Source: Ignavibacteriota bacterium (GTDB taxonomy: Bacteria > Bacteroidota > Ignavibacteria > UBA10030 > SZUA-254). Taken from it: a stretch of DNA of 48,609 nucleotides. A program made the translations under genes and the position numbers. The stretch spans positions 1 through 48,609 of the forward strand of contig JACQVI010000141.1 in the NCBI GenBank assembly GCA_016209795.1. Reading direction: 5' to 3'. How positions within the stretch are numbered: the first letter of the stretch is position 1; each line of letters opens with the position of its first letter. Below are positions 40,299-48,609 of the stretch, one piece after another. The notes beneath the pieces were generated by a model. The model was given only the letters and a program-made list of their open reading frames with translations. It was not told the DNA's origin and searched no databases.

Positions 40299-40424
40299 AG
40301 AACAATGAAGTCCTCGCGTTCATCAAGCGTCAAACTGCAAATACTCGTCCAGCAACCAGTAAGAAAGGTGAGAAATTCTTGAAGAATCTTGAAAACTCAA
40401 CTACCAGGAAAGGAGAGTAAATCC

Positions 40425-40814
40425 ATGAGATCATTCAAATTTGTTTTCTTGTACGGGTTTCTTGTTTGGCTGATCCCCTTCATTGTTGCAGTCCTCATCT
40501 TCCCTATTCGTGAGAATGATCGACCGCTGTTTGAGTCTATCATGCCTGTCGTGGTGACTCTGAGTGTCGTGTTGTTCTCGCATCTCTATTTCAAGAAGGT
40601 GGGCACTGCTTTCGTCAGAGAGGGCACCCTCCTCGGTGTGACTTGGTTTCTGATTAGTGTGATCATCGACCTCTTGCTGTTCAGCTCTGGACCAATGAAG
40701 ATGGGTTTTGTCGACTACTTCAAGGACATTGGCTTAACCTATGTGATTATTCCCTCGATAACTATCGGCTCGGGATTTCTGATTCAAAGCAAAATCAAGA
40801 CCGAAACAACATGA
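40425..40814 (+). CDS. Small hypothetical membrane protein
   Basis: ATG after AGGAG; four hydrophobic segments. Confidence 0.7.
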   Translation: MRSFKFVFLYGFLVWLIPFIVAVLIFPIRENDRPLFESIMPVVVTLSVVLFSHLYFKKVGTAFVREGTLLGVTWFLISVIIDLLLFSSGPMKMGFVDYFKDIGLTYVIIPSITIGSGFLIQSKIKTETT

Positions 40815-40860
40815 TGGATTTAGAAATTCACATGAGGAGCGCTTATCTTTACGAGGATGG

Positions 40861-42169
40861 ATGATTAAAACTTTCTTCTGCATCATCGTTTTCTCTTTCA
40901 TTTCTTCTACTGCCTTAGCTCAAGGCCATCAATCCAATGGACTGGTCATACGGGATTGTTAACCTCATCCCGATGACTCAGGAGACAGTCATTACCAATC
41001 AAACCATCACAATCTTCGATGGATGGATAACACAAATTAGCAAGTCGCACAACATTGCCGTGCCAGCAGGCACAACGATCATTGATGGAAACGGAAAATA
41101 CCTCATGCCCGGAATGGCAGATATGCATGCCCACCTGCCGGGGAAAGATGGACAGCCACATAATCTCCACGATTACTTGCTGCTGCAATTAGCTGGTGGC
41201 GTAACGACAATTCGAGTGATGCGCGGCGATGAAAGCCATTTATCGTTGCGTGATAGTGTCAATCAAGGTTTGCTTCTTGGTCCCACGCTTTACATCGCTT
41301 GTCCAGCCTTGAGATTGGATTCGTTGGCTTCATTTGAGCAAGTCAAAGTGCAAATCAACAAATACAAGCATCAGGGTTTTGGTTTTGTCAAATTGGTGTC
41401 GGTGGAAAACTCAGATCTCTTGCAGCCAGTCGCTGACTATATCCACAGCATCGGGCTAAAGTTTACAGGACACTGTCCGGAAGGTGGTCTTGAGCTTGCC
41501 GTCAAAGCAAACATGGAATCAATTGAACACTACAAAGTGTACATCGATCTTTACAAACAGGATAGCCTGAAGCTGTGGACTTTGCTGAATGAGATGGCTG
41601 AGAAGAAATTGTTCAGTTGCCCCACGCTTTACTGGTCGCTCGTGGCATTTAACCAATTCACAATGGATGGACTACGAGAAACCTACGGACTGAGCCATGT
41701 GAACGCAGCTGTTGCTAAATTATGGGTCAACAAATTCCAAAAACAGCATGATTCACAGCTCGGTCGGAATATAGAAAAATTCTTGTCGGACAAAGAAAAC
41801 TTTAGAATAGACATGCAACTATTTTTAAGGATACTGAAACAGATGCAGGAGGCCGGTGTCCCGTTGCTGGTAAGTCCATCAGACGGATCGTTTTGTGTGC
41901 CGGGGTTCAGCATGACGGAGGAGTTAAGGCTGGTTGTCCAAGCAGGCTTAACACCATACCAAGCATTGCGTGCAGCAACGTATAATGCTGCAGATTTTTT
42001 CGATGATCTCGGCAACTCTGGCACAGTAGAAGTTGGCAAAAAGGCAAATCTGATCTTGTTGGACAAGAATCCATTGGAGGACATTGAACATGTCAAGAAA
42101 ATCGATGCTGTAATTAAGAATGGTAGCTTGTATAAACGAAAAGACATACTACAGCAGCTCAAGAAGTAA
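40861..42169 (+). pseudogene. Secreted amidohydrolase-family protein with a 1-nt frameshift near 40956 (pseudogene or sequence error)
   Basis: The frame from ATG 40861 gives a signal peptide and LVIRD, then TAA at 40960-40962. The body continues in another frame (VNLIPMT, GKYLMPGMADMHAH, GTVEVGKKANLILL). Confidence 0.75.
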
Positions 42170-42261
42170 CCATACTAACAATCTAAAAACCCCATCGCTC
42201 CGATGAAACTGTCCCTTCGGGAGACCACACTACTACTTCCTGCCTCTTCGGTGAAAAAGTT

Positions 42262-42290
42262 TTGCTAATCCCACTTGCATTTCCTATATT
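42262..42290 (+). promoter_or_regulatory. Putative promoter for the murI cluster
   Basis: TTGCTA-17 bp-TATATT. Confidence 0.4.
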
Positions 42291-42305
42291 CTTTCGGTAG
42301 CATTC

Positions 42306-43124
42306 ATGAGCTCAAAGTCATTGCAGGCACAACCTATCGGTGTGTTCGATTCGGGTATTGGAGGACTCACAGTTGTGCGAGCACTGATGCATCGTTTGCC
42401 GCATGAGAACATCGTCTATTTTGGAGATACGGCACGTGTCCCCTACGGACCAAAATCGCCACAGGTTGTACGGGAGTATGCTGCTCAAGACACCGACTTT
42501 CTCCTAAGCCACAATGTGAAAATGATCGTGGTTGCTTGCAACACCGTCTCATCGGTAGCACTCGATGTTGTGCAAAAACGTGCAAAAGTGTCCGTTGTAG
42601 GCGTGATCGTGCCAGGGGCTAAGGCGGCAGTGAATGCAACAAAGAAAAAGCGTATCGGGGTGATCGGCACGATTGGAACGATACACAGCAATGCATACAC
42701 GAATGCTATACGACTATTGGATGGGTCAGTCACTGTGGTTGCTCAGGCGTGTCCTCTGTTTGTCCCTCTGGCGGAAGAAGGCTGGACTGATCACCTGGCA
42801 ACGGAGTTAATCGCAAAGGAATATCTTTTCCCCTTGAAGGTACAAAAGATCGATACCTTAGTTCTTGGCTGCACACACTATCCGATACTGAAAGATGTTA
42901 TCACATCTATATTTGATAGCAGCGTAACGGTGATTGATTCAGGGGAAGCAACTGCGCTCGAAGTTGAACGGATTCTTTATGAAGAGAATCTTTGTAATAC
43001 AAATACTCATAAAGCGAATGTACAGTTTTACGTGAGTGATATTCCACATCGGTTTTCAGAGATTGGAGAAAGATTCTTAGGGCAAATGCTTGGAAAAGTC
43101 AGAAGGGCGGAAGGATTTCTTTAA
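42306..43124 (+). CDS. murI: Glutamate racemase
   Basis: GVFDSGIGGLTV, GDTARVPYG, VACNT, LGCTHYP. Confidence 0.97.
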   Translation: MSSKSLQAQPIGVFDSGIGGLTVVRALMHRLPHENIVYFGDTARVPYGPKSPQVVREYAAQDTDFLLSHNVKMIVVACNTVSSVALDVVQKRAKVSVVGVIVPGAKAAVNATKKKRIGVIGTIGTIHSNAYTNAIRLLDGSVTVVAQACPLFVPLAEEGWTDHLATELIAKEYLFPLKVQKIDTLVLGCTHYPILKDVITSIFDSSVTVIDSGEATALEVERILYEENLCNTNTHKANVQFYVSDIPHRFSEIGERFLGQMLGKVRRAEGFL

Positions 43125-43130
43125 TTCTTC

Positions 43131-43191
43131 ATTTTAGAATTTAGATTTTGGATTTCAGATTTTGCTAAACTCAAAACACAAATCTCAAATC
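43131..43191. repeat. Degenerate heptamer arrays in inverted arrangement
   Basis: attttag aatttag attttgg atttcag attttg ... aactcaa aacacaa atctcaa atc. Confidence 0.65.
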
Positions 43192-43214
43192 ATTATAAGG
43201 CATTGGAGTAATCT

Positions 43215-43883
43215 ATGACTCAAACATTTATCAGTAAACTCGATGACATCATCAAGCGAAACAGCATGCTCAATCATCCATTCTACCAGACATGGAGCAT
43301 GGGGAAGCTCAGTCGAGAAGCGTTGCGGGAATATGCGAAGCAATACTATCATTTCGTGCAGGCGTTTCCGACATTCCTGAGTGCGACACATGCAAACACG
43401 CCACATCTCTCGGTTCGGCAAGAGCTGCTTGAAAATTTGATCGAAGAGGAGCGCGGTGAAGGAAATCATCCTGAGCTGTGGATGAAATTTGTAGAATCAC
43501 TTGGCGTGACATCTCAGGAAGTGACTTACACACCGCTTTTGCCCGAAACGAAAGAAGCAATCGACACGTTTCGTTCACTGACGCGTGATGGTGAGTATCT
43601 TGAAGGCGTTGCTGCACTGTATGCGTATGAATCCCAAATTCCTCAGGTTGCCGGTGTCAAGATTTCTGGTTTAAAAAAGTTTTATGGCATACGTGCTAAC
43701 GATGCATTATTGTTCTTCACCGTCCACCAGGAAGCCGATGTGTACCATTCAAGTGGCGAGCGCAAGATTCTTCAACAATATGCAACGAATGATCACGAAC
43801 GGCAGGCATGCCTCGAAGCCGCGAGGAAGTCGTCGCAAGCTATGCTGAGGTTGCTTGACGGTGTGTATCGGGCGTACGTTTAG
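43215..43883 (+). CDS. CADD-family (PqqC/TenA heme-oxygenase-like fold) dimetal oxidase, putative pABA synthase
   Basis: HPFY..W..G.L....L.EYAKQYY, LLENLIEEE..NHPELW, GVAALYAYESQIP, KISGL, FFTVHQEADVYH. Confidence 0.85.
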   Translation: MTQTFISKLDDIIKRNSMLNHPFYQTWSMGKLSREALREYAKQYYHFVQAFPTFLSATHANTPHLSVRQELLENLIEEERGEGNHPELWMKFVESLGVTSQEVTYTPLLPETKEAIDTFRSLTRDGEYLEGVAALYAYESQIPQVAGVKISGLKKFYGIRANDALLFFTVHQEADVYHSSGERKILQQYATNDHERQACLEAARKSSQAMLRLLDGVYRAYV

Positions 43884-43901
43884 CCATGCATGAATTAGCG
43901 T

Positions 43902-44429
43902 ATGGCGGTCAGAGAAATCCTACTTCTCGGTAATCCGATACTCAGGACGAAATGCGAGAAGGTGAGAAATTTCAATGAGCCAATGTTACGCCAAACGATT
44001 GATGACCTGAGAGATACACTTGATGATTTTCGAGCAACACATGGATTTGGAAGAGGAATTGCAGCCCCCCAAATTGGCATTACGCAGCGAGTGATCTTCA
44101 TTAACATCGATAAGCCAGTGGTACTCATTAATCCTGAAATTATCAAACGCTCGCGACAGATGATGATGCTCTGGGATGACTGCTTCTCGTTCCAGAATAT
44201 TTTGGCCAAGCTCAAACGACATCTGAAGATTACCGTCAACTACCATGATGAAGCTGGAAAGAAGCAAATTCTGGAAGCGGTCGGAGGATTATCGGAGTTG
44301 CTGCAGCACGAGAACGATCACGTTGAGGGTATTCTTGCTATTGATCATGCAATCGACTCAAAGCATATCATTCTGCGAAGTGAGTGGAAGAAATTGACTG
44401 CGAATACAAAACAGGTGTATCAATTGTGA
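43902..44429 (+). CDS. def: Peptide deformylase-like protein
   Basis: GRGIAAPQIG, INPEI, QHENDH; motif 2 is DDCFS instead of EGCLS. Confidence 0.8.
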   Translation: MAVREILLLGNPILRTKCEKVRNFNEPMLRQTIDDLRDTLDDFRATHGFGRGIAAPQIGITQRVIFINIDKPVVLINPEIIKRSRQMMMLWDDCFSFQNILAKLKRHLKITVNYHDEAGKKQILEAVGGLSELLQHENDHVEGILAIDHAIDSKHIILRSEWKKLTANTKQVYQL

Positions 44430-44448
44430 ATAAATGAATGGAGGGTCT

Positions 44449-44724
44449 ATGCCTTTACTAACTGATGCGCAAATCGCCAAAGAACTTCAGACGCTTAGTG
44501 GTTGGGAACGAATCGGTAGGGAGATTAAGAGAACATATCAGTTAAAAGATTTTGTCCACGCAATGGGGTTTGTGAATTCTGTTGCACTTCTCGCCGAAAA
44601 AGCAAATCATCATCCTGACATTGACATTCGCTGGAATAAAGTCACGCTGACGCTCTCGACACACAGCGCTGGTGGACTTACGGAAAACGATTTCAAGCTT
44701 GCAAGGGAAATTAACAGTTTATGA
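44449..44724 (+). CDS. phhB: Pterin-4a-carbinolamine dehydratase
   Basis: AEKANHHPDI, LSTHSAGGLTENDF; ATG after GGAGG. Confidence 0.93.
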   Translation: MPLLTDAQIAKELQTLSGWERIGREIKRTYQLKDFVHAMGFVNSVALLAEKANHHPDIDIRWNKVTLTLSTHSAGGLTENDFKLAREINSL

Positions 44725-45035
44725 GCACAACGCGGCTCGAAGCGTTACAGAAGTTTCTTCAAGATGATCCGGCTGATGTGTTCACACATTACGCACTTGC
44801 ACTCGAGTTTGCATCGTTAAATAATTATCAGGAAGCGATTACAAAACTTGAGGCATTATTAAGCCTTGATCCGAATTATCTTCCTGCCTATCATCAACTT
44901 GGTTTGATATTGACGACGCTTCACCGCACAGAGGGGGCGCGCAAGATATTCGAAAAGGGTATTCAAGTCGCTGTTGCATCTGGAAATACTCATGCACAAG
45001 ATGAGATACAGGAGGCGCTTGATGAATTGCCGTAA
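44721..45035 (+). CDS. Small TPR protein
   Basis: DP.D.F.HYALALE, DPNYLPAYHQLG, HA..EI. Confidence 0.85.
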   Translation: MSTTRLEALQKFLQDDPADVFTHYALALEFASLNNYQEAITKLEALLSLDPNYLPAYHQLGLILTTLHRTEGARKIFEKGIQVAVASGNTHAQDEIQEALDELP

Positions 45036-45041
45036 GTGCCC

Positions 45042-45620
45042 ATGACCCGAAAAGAAATCCTTGACCTCTTCAAAGAAACCAATGCTTTGTTGGAAGGACA
45101 CTTCCAGTTAACTTCGGGGTTACACAGTCCACAGTATTTCCAGTGTGCGAAGGTCCTCCAGTACCCGAAGAATGCTGAAAGGCTCTGCAAAGAGATTGCT
45201 CGAAAGTTTTCTGCAAACTCAATTGATGTTGTTATCTCCCCTGCACTGGGCGGAATTGTCGTTGGCCAGGAAGTCGGTCGACAGTTGGACGCTCGCACAA
45301 TATTTGCAGAGCGAAAAAATGGCAAGCTCGAGCTTCGACGAGGATTTGAAGTCTCAGTAGGGGAAAAAGTGCTCGTGTGTGAAGATGTCATTACAACTGG
45401 TGGCTCTGTTCAGGAAGTCATCGACATAGTAAGAAAAAATCGTGCAAACATTATCGGGGTTGGAGCTATCGTGGACCGAAGCAGCGGCAAGATGGTGTTA
45501 CCCAATCTTTTTGCTACCATTACGATGGACGTGGTAACATACACCAATGAAGAATGTCCAATGTGTAAACAGGGAATTCCAATTGAACAACCAGGCAGTC
45601 GCATTGCCAACGCAAATTGA
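45042..45620 (+). CDS. pyrE: Orotate phosphoribosyltransferase
   Basis: GHFQLTSGLHSPQY, PALGGI, FAER, PRPP loop VCEDVITTGGS, IVDRS. Confidence 0.95.
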   Translation: MTRKEILDLFKETNALLEGHFQLTSGLHSPQYFQCAKVLQYPKNAERLCKEIARKFSANSIDVVISPALGGIVVGQEVGRQLDARTIFAERKNGKLELRRGFEVSVGEKVLVCEDVITTGGSVQEVIDIVRKNRANIIGVGAIVDRSSGKMVLPNLFATITMDVVTYTNEECPMCKQGIPIEQPGSRIANAN

Positions 45621-45685
45621 AAAATCAAAAAAATAGCACTGAAATATACTTACAGCAACAAGTAAACTTAGATTGGTGAACTCAA

Positions 45686-46246
45686 ATGCAGCTCAAGCTT
45701 CTAAGAAGAAATACAATGTATCAGGGCAAAGTGTTCAACGTCATTGTCGATGATGTTGAATATCCATCGGGCAACAAATCGATTCGAGAAGTTGCTGAAC
45801 ACCCGGGTGGTGCTGTGGTATTGGGAGTGTTTCCTGATGAGCGTATCATCTTGATCCGTCAACATCGTTATCCTTTTGATGATTTTATCTGGGAATTGCC
45901 AGCAGGCCGATTGGGACCGGGCGAAGATCCTTTCAAGTGTGCTAAGCGCGAATTAGAAGAGGAAACTGGGTACTATGGAACGGAGTGGAATAAGATTACG
46001 TCAATCTACACCACACCCGGTTTCTGCAGTGAAGTTCTTCACATCTACATGGCAAGAAATCTCACCAACGCTCCAGACGGAAGAAAACTTGAAGAAGGAG
46101 AAGCAACGATGACGATGAAGATTGTTCCGCTTTCCGAAGCCATAGCCATGATCGAGCGAGGCGAGATTCGAGATGGCAAGACCATCTGTGGCATTCTACT
46201 GGGTGAGCGACTGTTACAAGAAGGACGAACGAGTGGAAGAGAATGA
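45686..46246 (+). CDS. NUDIX hydrolase (ADP-ribose pyrophosphatase-like)
   Basis: REVAEHPGG, ELPAG..GE.P..CAKRELEEETG Nudix box, TPGFCSE, DGKT. Confidence 0.9.
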   Translation: MQLKLLRRNTMYQGKVFNVIVDDVEYPSGNKSIREVAEHPGGAVVLGVFPDERIILIRQHRYPFDDFIWELPAGRLGPGEDPFKCAKRELEEETGYYGTEWNKITSIYTTPGFCSEVLHIYMARNLTNAPDGRKLEEGEATMTMKIVPLSEAIAMIERGEIRDGKTICGILLGERLLQEGRTSGRE

Positions 46247-46421
46247 ACTACCATTAGCTCAACCTAATCGGATGTATCGATTGGATCTCAAACGTTGCAT
46301 CGTGAACAAATGCGAAGGTGAGCTTGCTGAAATTTCATATTACGAGCGCAACAACTGGGCGACGTTTGAGCTACAATGCAATCGGTGTAAGAAGAAATTT
46401 GTCGTGAAGGTTGAAATCTAA
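46233..46421 (+). CDS. Small Cys-rich (zinc-ribbon-like) protein
   Basis: GTG at 46233 after GAAGGA; CIVNKC ... CNRC; fills the gap between the NUDIX gene and pdp. Confidence 0.5.
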   Translation: MEENELPLAQPNRMYRLDLKRCIVNKCEGELAEISYYERNNWATFELQCNRCKKKFVVKVEI

Positions 46422-46442
46422 ATCTCTCGCACAAAACGCTCA

Positions 46443-47777
46443 GTGAATCCACTCGAACTCATCCGCAAGAAACGCAATCGAGGTACGCTTTCTTATGAGG
46501 AATTGAATTCCCTCATCACAGGGTATGTAGATGGACGCATTCCTGATTACCAGATGGCAGCCTTCCTGATGGCGGTGTATTTTCAAAAGATGGACTTTGA
46601 AGAGACTGCTCATCTTGTTGATATCATGGTACATTCAGGGAAAGTGATAGATTTATCTTTGATACCCGGAATCAAAGTTGATAAACACTCAACGGGTGGT
46701 GTTGGGGACAAGGTTTCGCTCATCTTAGCCCCGATGGTTGCAGCGTGTGGTGTGCCTGTACCGATGATTTCTGGGCGTGGACTTGGACACACAGGAGGAA
46801 CGCTCGACAAACTTGAATCTATTCCTGGATTCAGAACCAACCTTTCCATTGAAGAGTACAAATCCGTCCTTCGGGATGTCGGTGTTGTGATGATCGGACA
46901 GACTGATGACCTTGTGCCTGCCGATAAGAAAATGTACGCGCTGCGTGACGTTACAGCGACAGTGGAGTGTATTCCTCTTATTGCTGGGAGTATCATGAGT
47001 AAAAAACTTGCTGAGGGGATGGACGCTTTAGTGCTCGACGTTAAAACAGGACGGGGTGCGTTCATGCACTCGGAAGCTGATGCAATTGAGCTTGCGAAGA
47101 CGCTAATCGCTCTTGGCGAAAGGTTTGGAAAGAAGACAATCGGCTTTATCACCGATATGAATCAACCATTGGGCTGTACGGTTGGTAATTGGTTGGAAGT
47201 TGTTGAGTGCATTGAATGCATGCAGGGTAAGGATGTTCCTGATCTCATGGAAGTCACTTACGTTCTCGGTGGTGCAATGCTGATGCTCGGCGGGAAAGCC
47301 AAAACGATCGATGAAGGAACGAATCGTTGTCGGGAAGCGGTTCACAATGGAAAGGCGCTCCAGAAATTCAAGGAGATGGTTAAGCGGCAAGGTGGTCAGC
47401 TTTCGTATATCGAAAAGCCGGCAAGCTATCCTCAAAGCAAGCATTGCGTTGAAATCACCAGCACCTCATCAGGAGATATTGATAATATTGATGCACTTGA
47501 AATCGGTTTTGCCAGCGCCTTGCTCGGCGCTGGACGAATGAAAGTTAATGATGCCATCGATCCGAAGGCAGGGATTCTTCTGAAAAAGAAAGTTGGTGAT
47601 ACTGTGCAAATCGGAGAGACGCTTGCGGTGCTTTATAGCGATAATGAGAATGTTCTCAACAACGTCAAACATCGTGTAGCTATGGCATTCAGCATTGCCA
47701 CGGAGCCATCCGCTGAGTCACCTCTGATTCATGCAATCATTGATGAACTTGGCATACACCCGTGGCACGGCACCTGA
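46443..47777 (+). CDS. pdp: Pyrimidine-nucleoside / thymidine phosphorylase
   Basis: PDYQMAAFLMA, VDKHSTGGVGDK, SGRGLGHTGGTLDKLESIPG, SIMSKK, LGAGR. Confidence 0.95.
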   Translation: MNPLELIRKKRNRGTLSYEELNSLITGYVDGRIPDYQMAAFLMAVYFQKMDFEETAHLVDIMVHSGKVIDLSLIPGIKVDKHSTGGVGDKVSLILAPMVAACGVPVPMISGRGLGHTGGTLDKLESIPGFRTNLSIEEYKSVLRDVGVVMIGQTDDLVPADKKMYALRDVTATVECIPLIAGSIMSKKLAEGMDALVLDVKTGRGAFMHSEADAIELAKTLIALGERFGKKTIGFITDMNQPLGCTVGNWLEVVECIECMQGKDVPDLMEVTYVLGGAMLMLGGKAKTIDEGTNRCREAVHNGKALQKFKEMVKRQGGQLSYIEKPASYPQSKHCVEITSTSSGDIDNIDALEIGFASALLGAGRMKVNDAIDPKAGILLKKKVGDTVQIGETLAVLYSDNENVLNNVKHRVAMAFSIATEPSAESPLIHAIIDELGIHPWHGT

Positions 47778-47795
47778 TTGACTGAACTTGATTAT

Positions 47796-47824
47796 TTGAA
47801 TTCTCTCAAGAAATTTTTTATCTT
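47796..47824 (+). promoter_or_regulatory. Putative promoter for the ferredoxin gene
   Basis: TTGAAT-17 bp-TATCTT(TG). Confidence 0.4.
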
Positions 47825-47899
47825 TGTCATCACTTTGAATGAACTATGAGTTTACAGTGTAACAATATACTCCGTCATGTTTTACGACGAGATTCGTGA

Positions 47900-48340
47900 A
47901 TGCCTGTCATTACATTAGTCAACGAAGGGAAAACAATTGAAGTTACGGAGGGAGAAAATCTTCGGAAGGTACTCCGCAAACATGGTATCTCACCGTATCT
48001 CGGGAAAGACAACTTCCTGAATTGCCGTGGCAATGGTCTCTGTGGTACCTGTCGCGTAGAGATCGTTGATGGCAAGGGTGCTTCGCCGATGACGCCACTT
48101 GAAGAAGCGGCACTCGTAGGCCTTGCTCCGTTTTATGCTCGACTGGTTCCAAAGAATGTCCGTCTCTCTTGTCGTATTGACGTCACACAGGACATGACAG
48201 TGAGAACTTACCCGAAAGTAACTCTTGACTGGCAGCGCACGAAGGAACGCTTGACACTTCTCATCATTTGGGCATTCTTTGGAGGAACCTTCTTATTCGT
48301 CATGTTTCGGCTTCTCTACGAAATCGCTACTGGACTGTAG
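47900..48340 (+). CDS. 2Fe-2S ferredoxin with a C-terminal transmembrane helix
   Basis: NCRGNGLCGTC ... RLSC cluster motif; hydrophobic tail LTLLIIWAFFGGTFLFVMF. Confidence 0.85.
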   Translation: MPVITLVNEGKTIEVTEGENLRKVLRKHGISPYLGKDNFLNCRGNGLCGTCRVEIVDGKGASPMTPLEEAALVGLAPFYARLVPKNVRLSCRIDVTQDMTVRTYPKVTLDWQRTKERLTLLIIWAFFGGTFLFVMFRLLYEIATGL

Positions 48341-48609
48341 ATAGTTACCTTTTCTTGCTTTTCAAAAAGGCGGGAATAGCAGATTCTTTCCTTTATTTTC
48401 CATCCTTGTTTTAGCTAAGTTTTTGGTGTTTTGACTTTAAGGGAAAACCATTAGTGCCTTACCATAAATTCCCTACCTGTTGACTCATGTAAGAATCTAC
48501 TCCAAATTGGTACTCTCGGACTGAGAGTGAATATAGGAAATAGTTTTTTTCTTTGCGTTGTTTTTTGACAGTGTTTGTTTACGGATTTTGTGTTCAGTGA
48601 GTGTGAAGA

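Noticed and set aside
42170-42260. Small UUCG hairpin (GTCCC-TTCG-GGAGAC) after the amidohydrolase as a possible ncRNA
   Set aside because: The stem is short and imperfect and there is no other supporting structure.
37309-42300. Possible integron cassette array (unrelated co-directional genes; GTTGTGC and GTTGGGT near gene starts)
   Set aside because: I could not find paired RYYYAAC/GTTRRRY attC boxes with a complementary stem, the spacers are not mutually similar, and no integrase is present.
43215-43883. PqqC or TenA assignment
   Set aside because: There are no pqq or thiamine-salvage neighbours, and the motifs fit the CADD subfamily better.
48341-48609. Terminal non-coding stretch as a tRNA or other RNA gene
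   Set aside because: No cloverleaf or T-loop motif was seen. It is probably the upstream region of a gene beyond the window.

Overview
A 48.6 kb bacterial chromosomal segment, probably from the Ignavibacteria/Chlorobi/Bacteroidota group. This is inferred from two proteins with NYPNPFNP type IX secretion C-terminal domains and from the gene content. Most of it is housekeeping: the C-terminal half of a split carB, uvrA, an RlmI-type methyltransferase, fbaB, a CCA-adding enzyme, murI, a def-like gene, phhB, pyrE, a NUDIX hydrolase, pdp and a ferredoxin. There are two efflux operons: TolC-MacA-ATPase with three tandem permeases, and TolC-MFP-RND. An accessory stretch spans about 30.9-42.2 kb. The most notable observations are: (1) a DUF559 endonuclease gene bracketed by two related nested-palindrome repeats inside the RND operon, plus a possible solo copy; (2) a second REP-like palindrome family present twice, each copy just after a stop codon; (3) a split carB; (4) a CADD-type self-sacrificing pABA synthase candidate clustered with a pterin dehydratase and an atypical deformylase; (5) a 1-nt frameshift that separates a signal peptide from an amidohydrolase; (6) intergenic 7-8-mer tandem arrays. 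No rRNA, tRNA, CRISPR array, integrase or classical transposase was recognised. All calls come from reading motifs by eye; no database searches were run.
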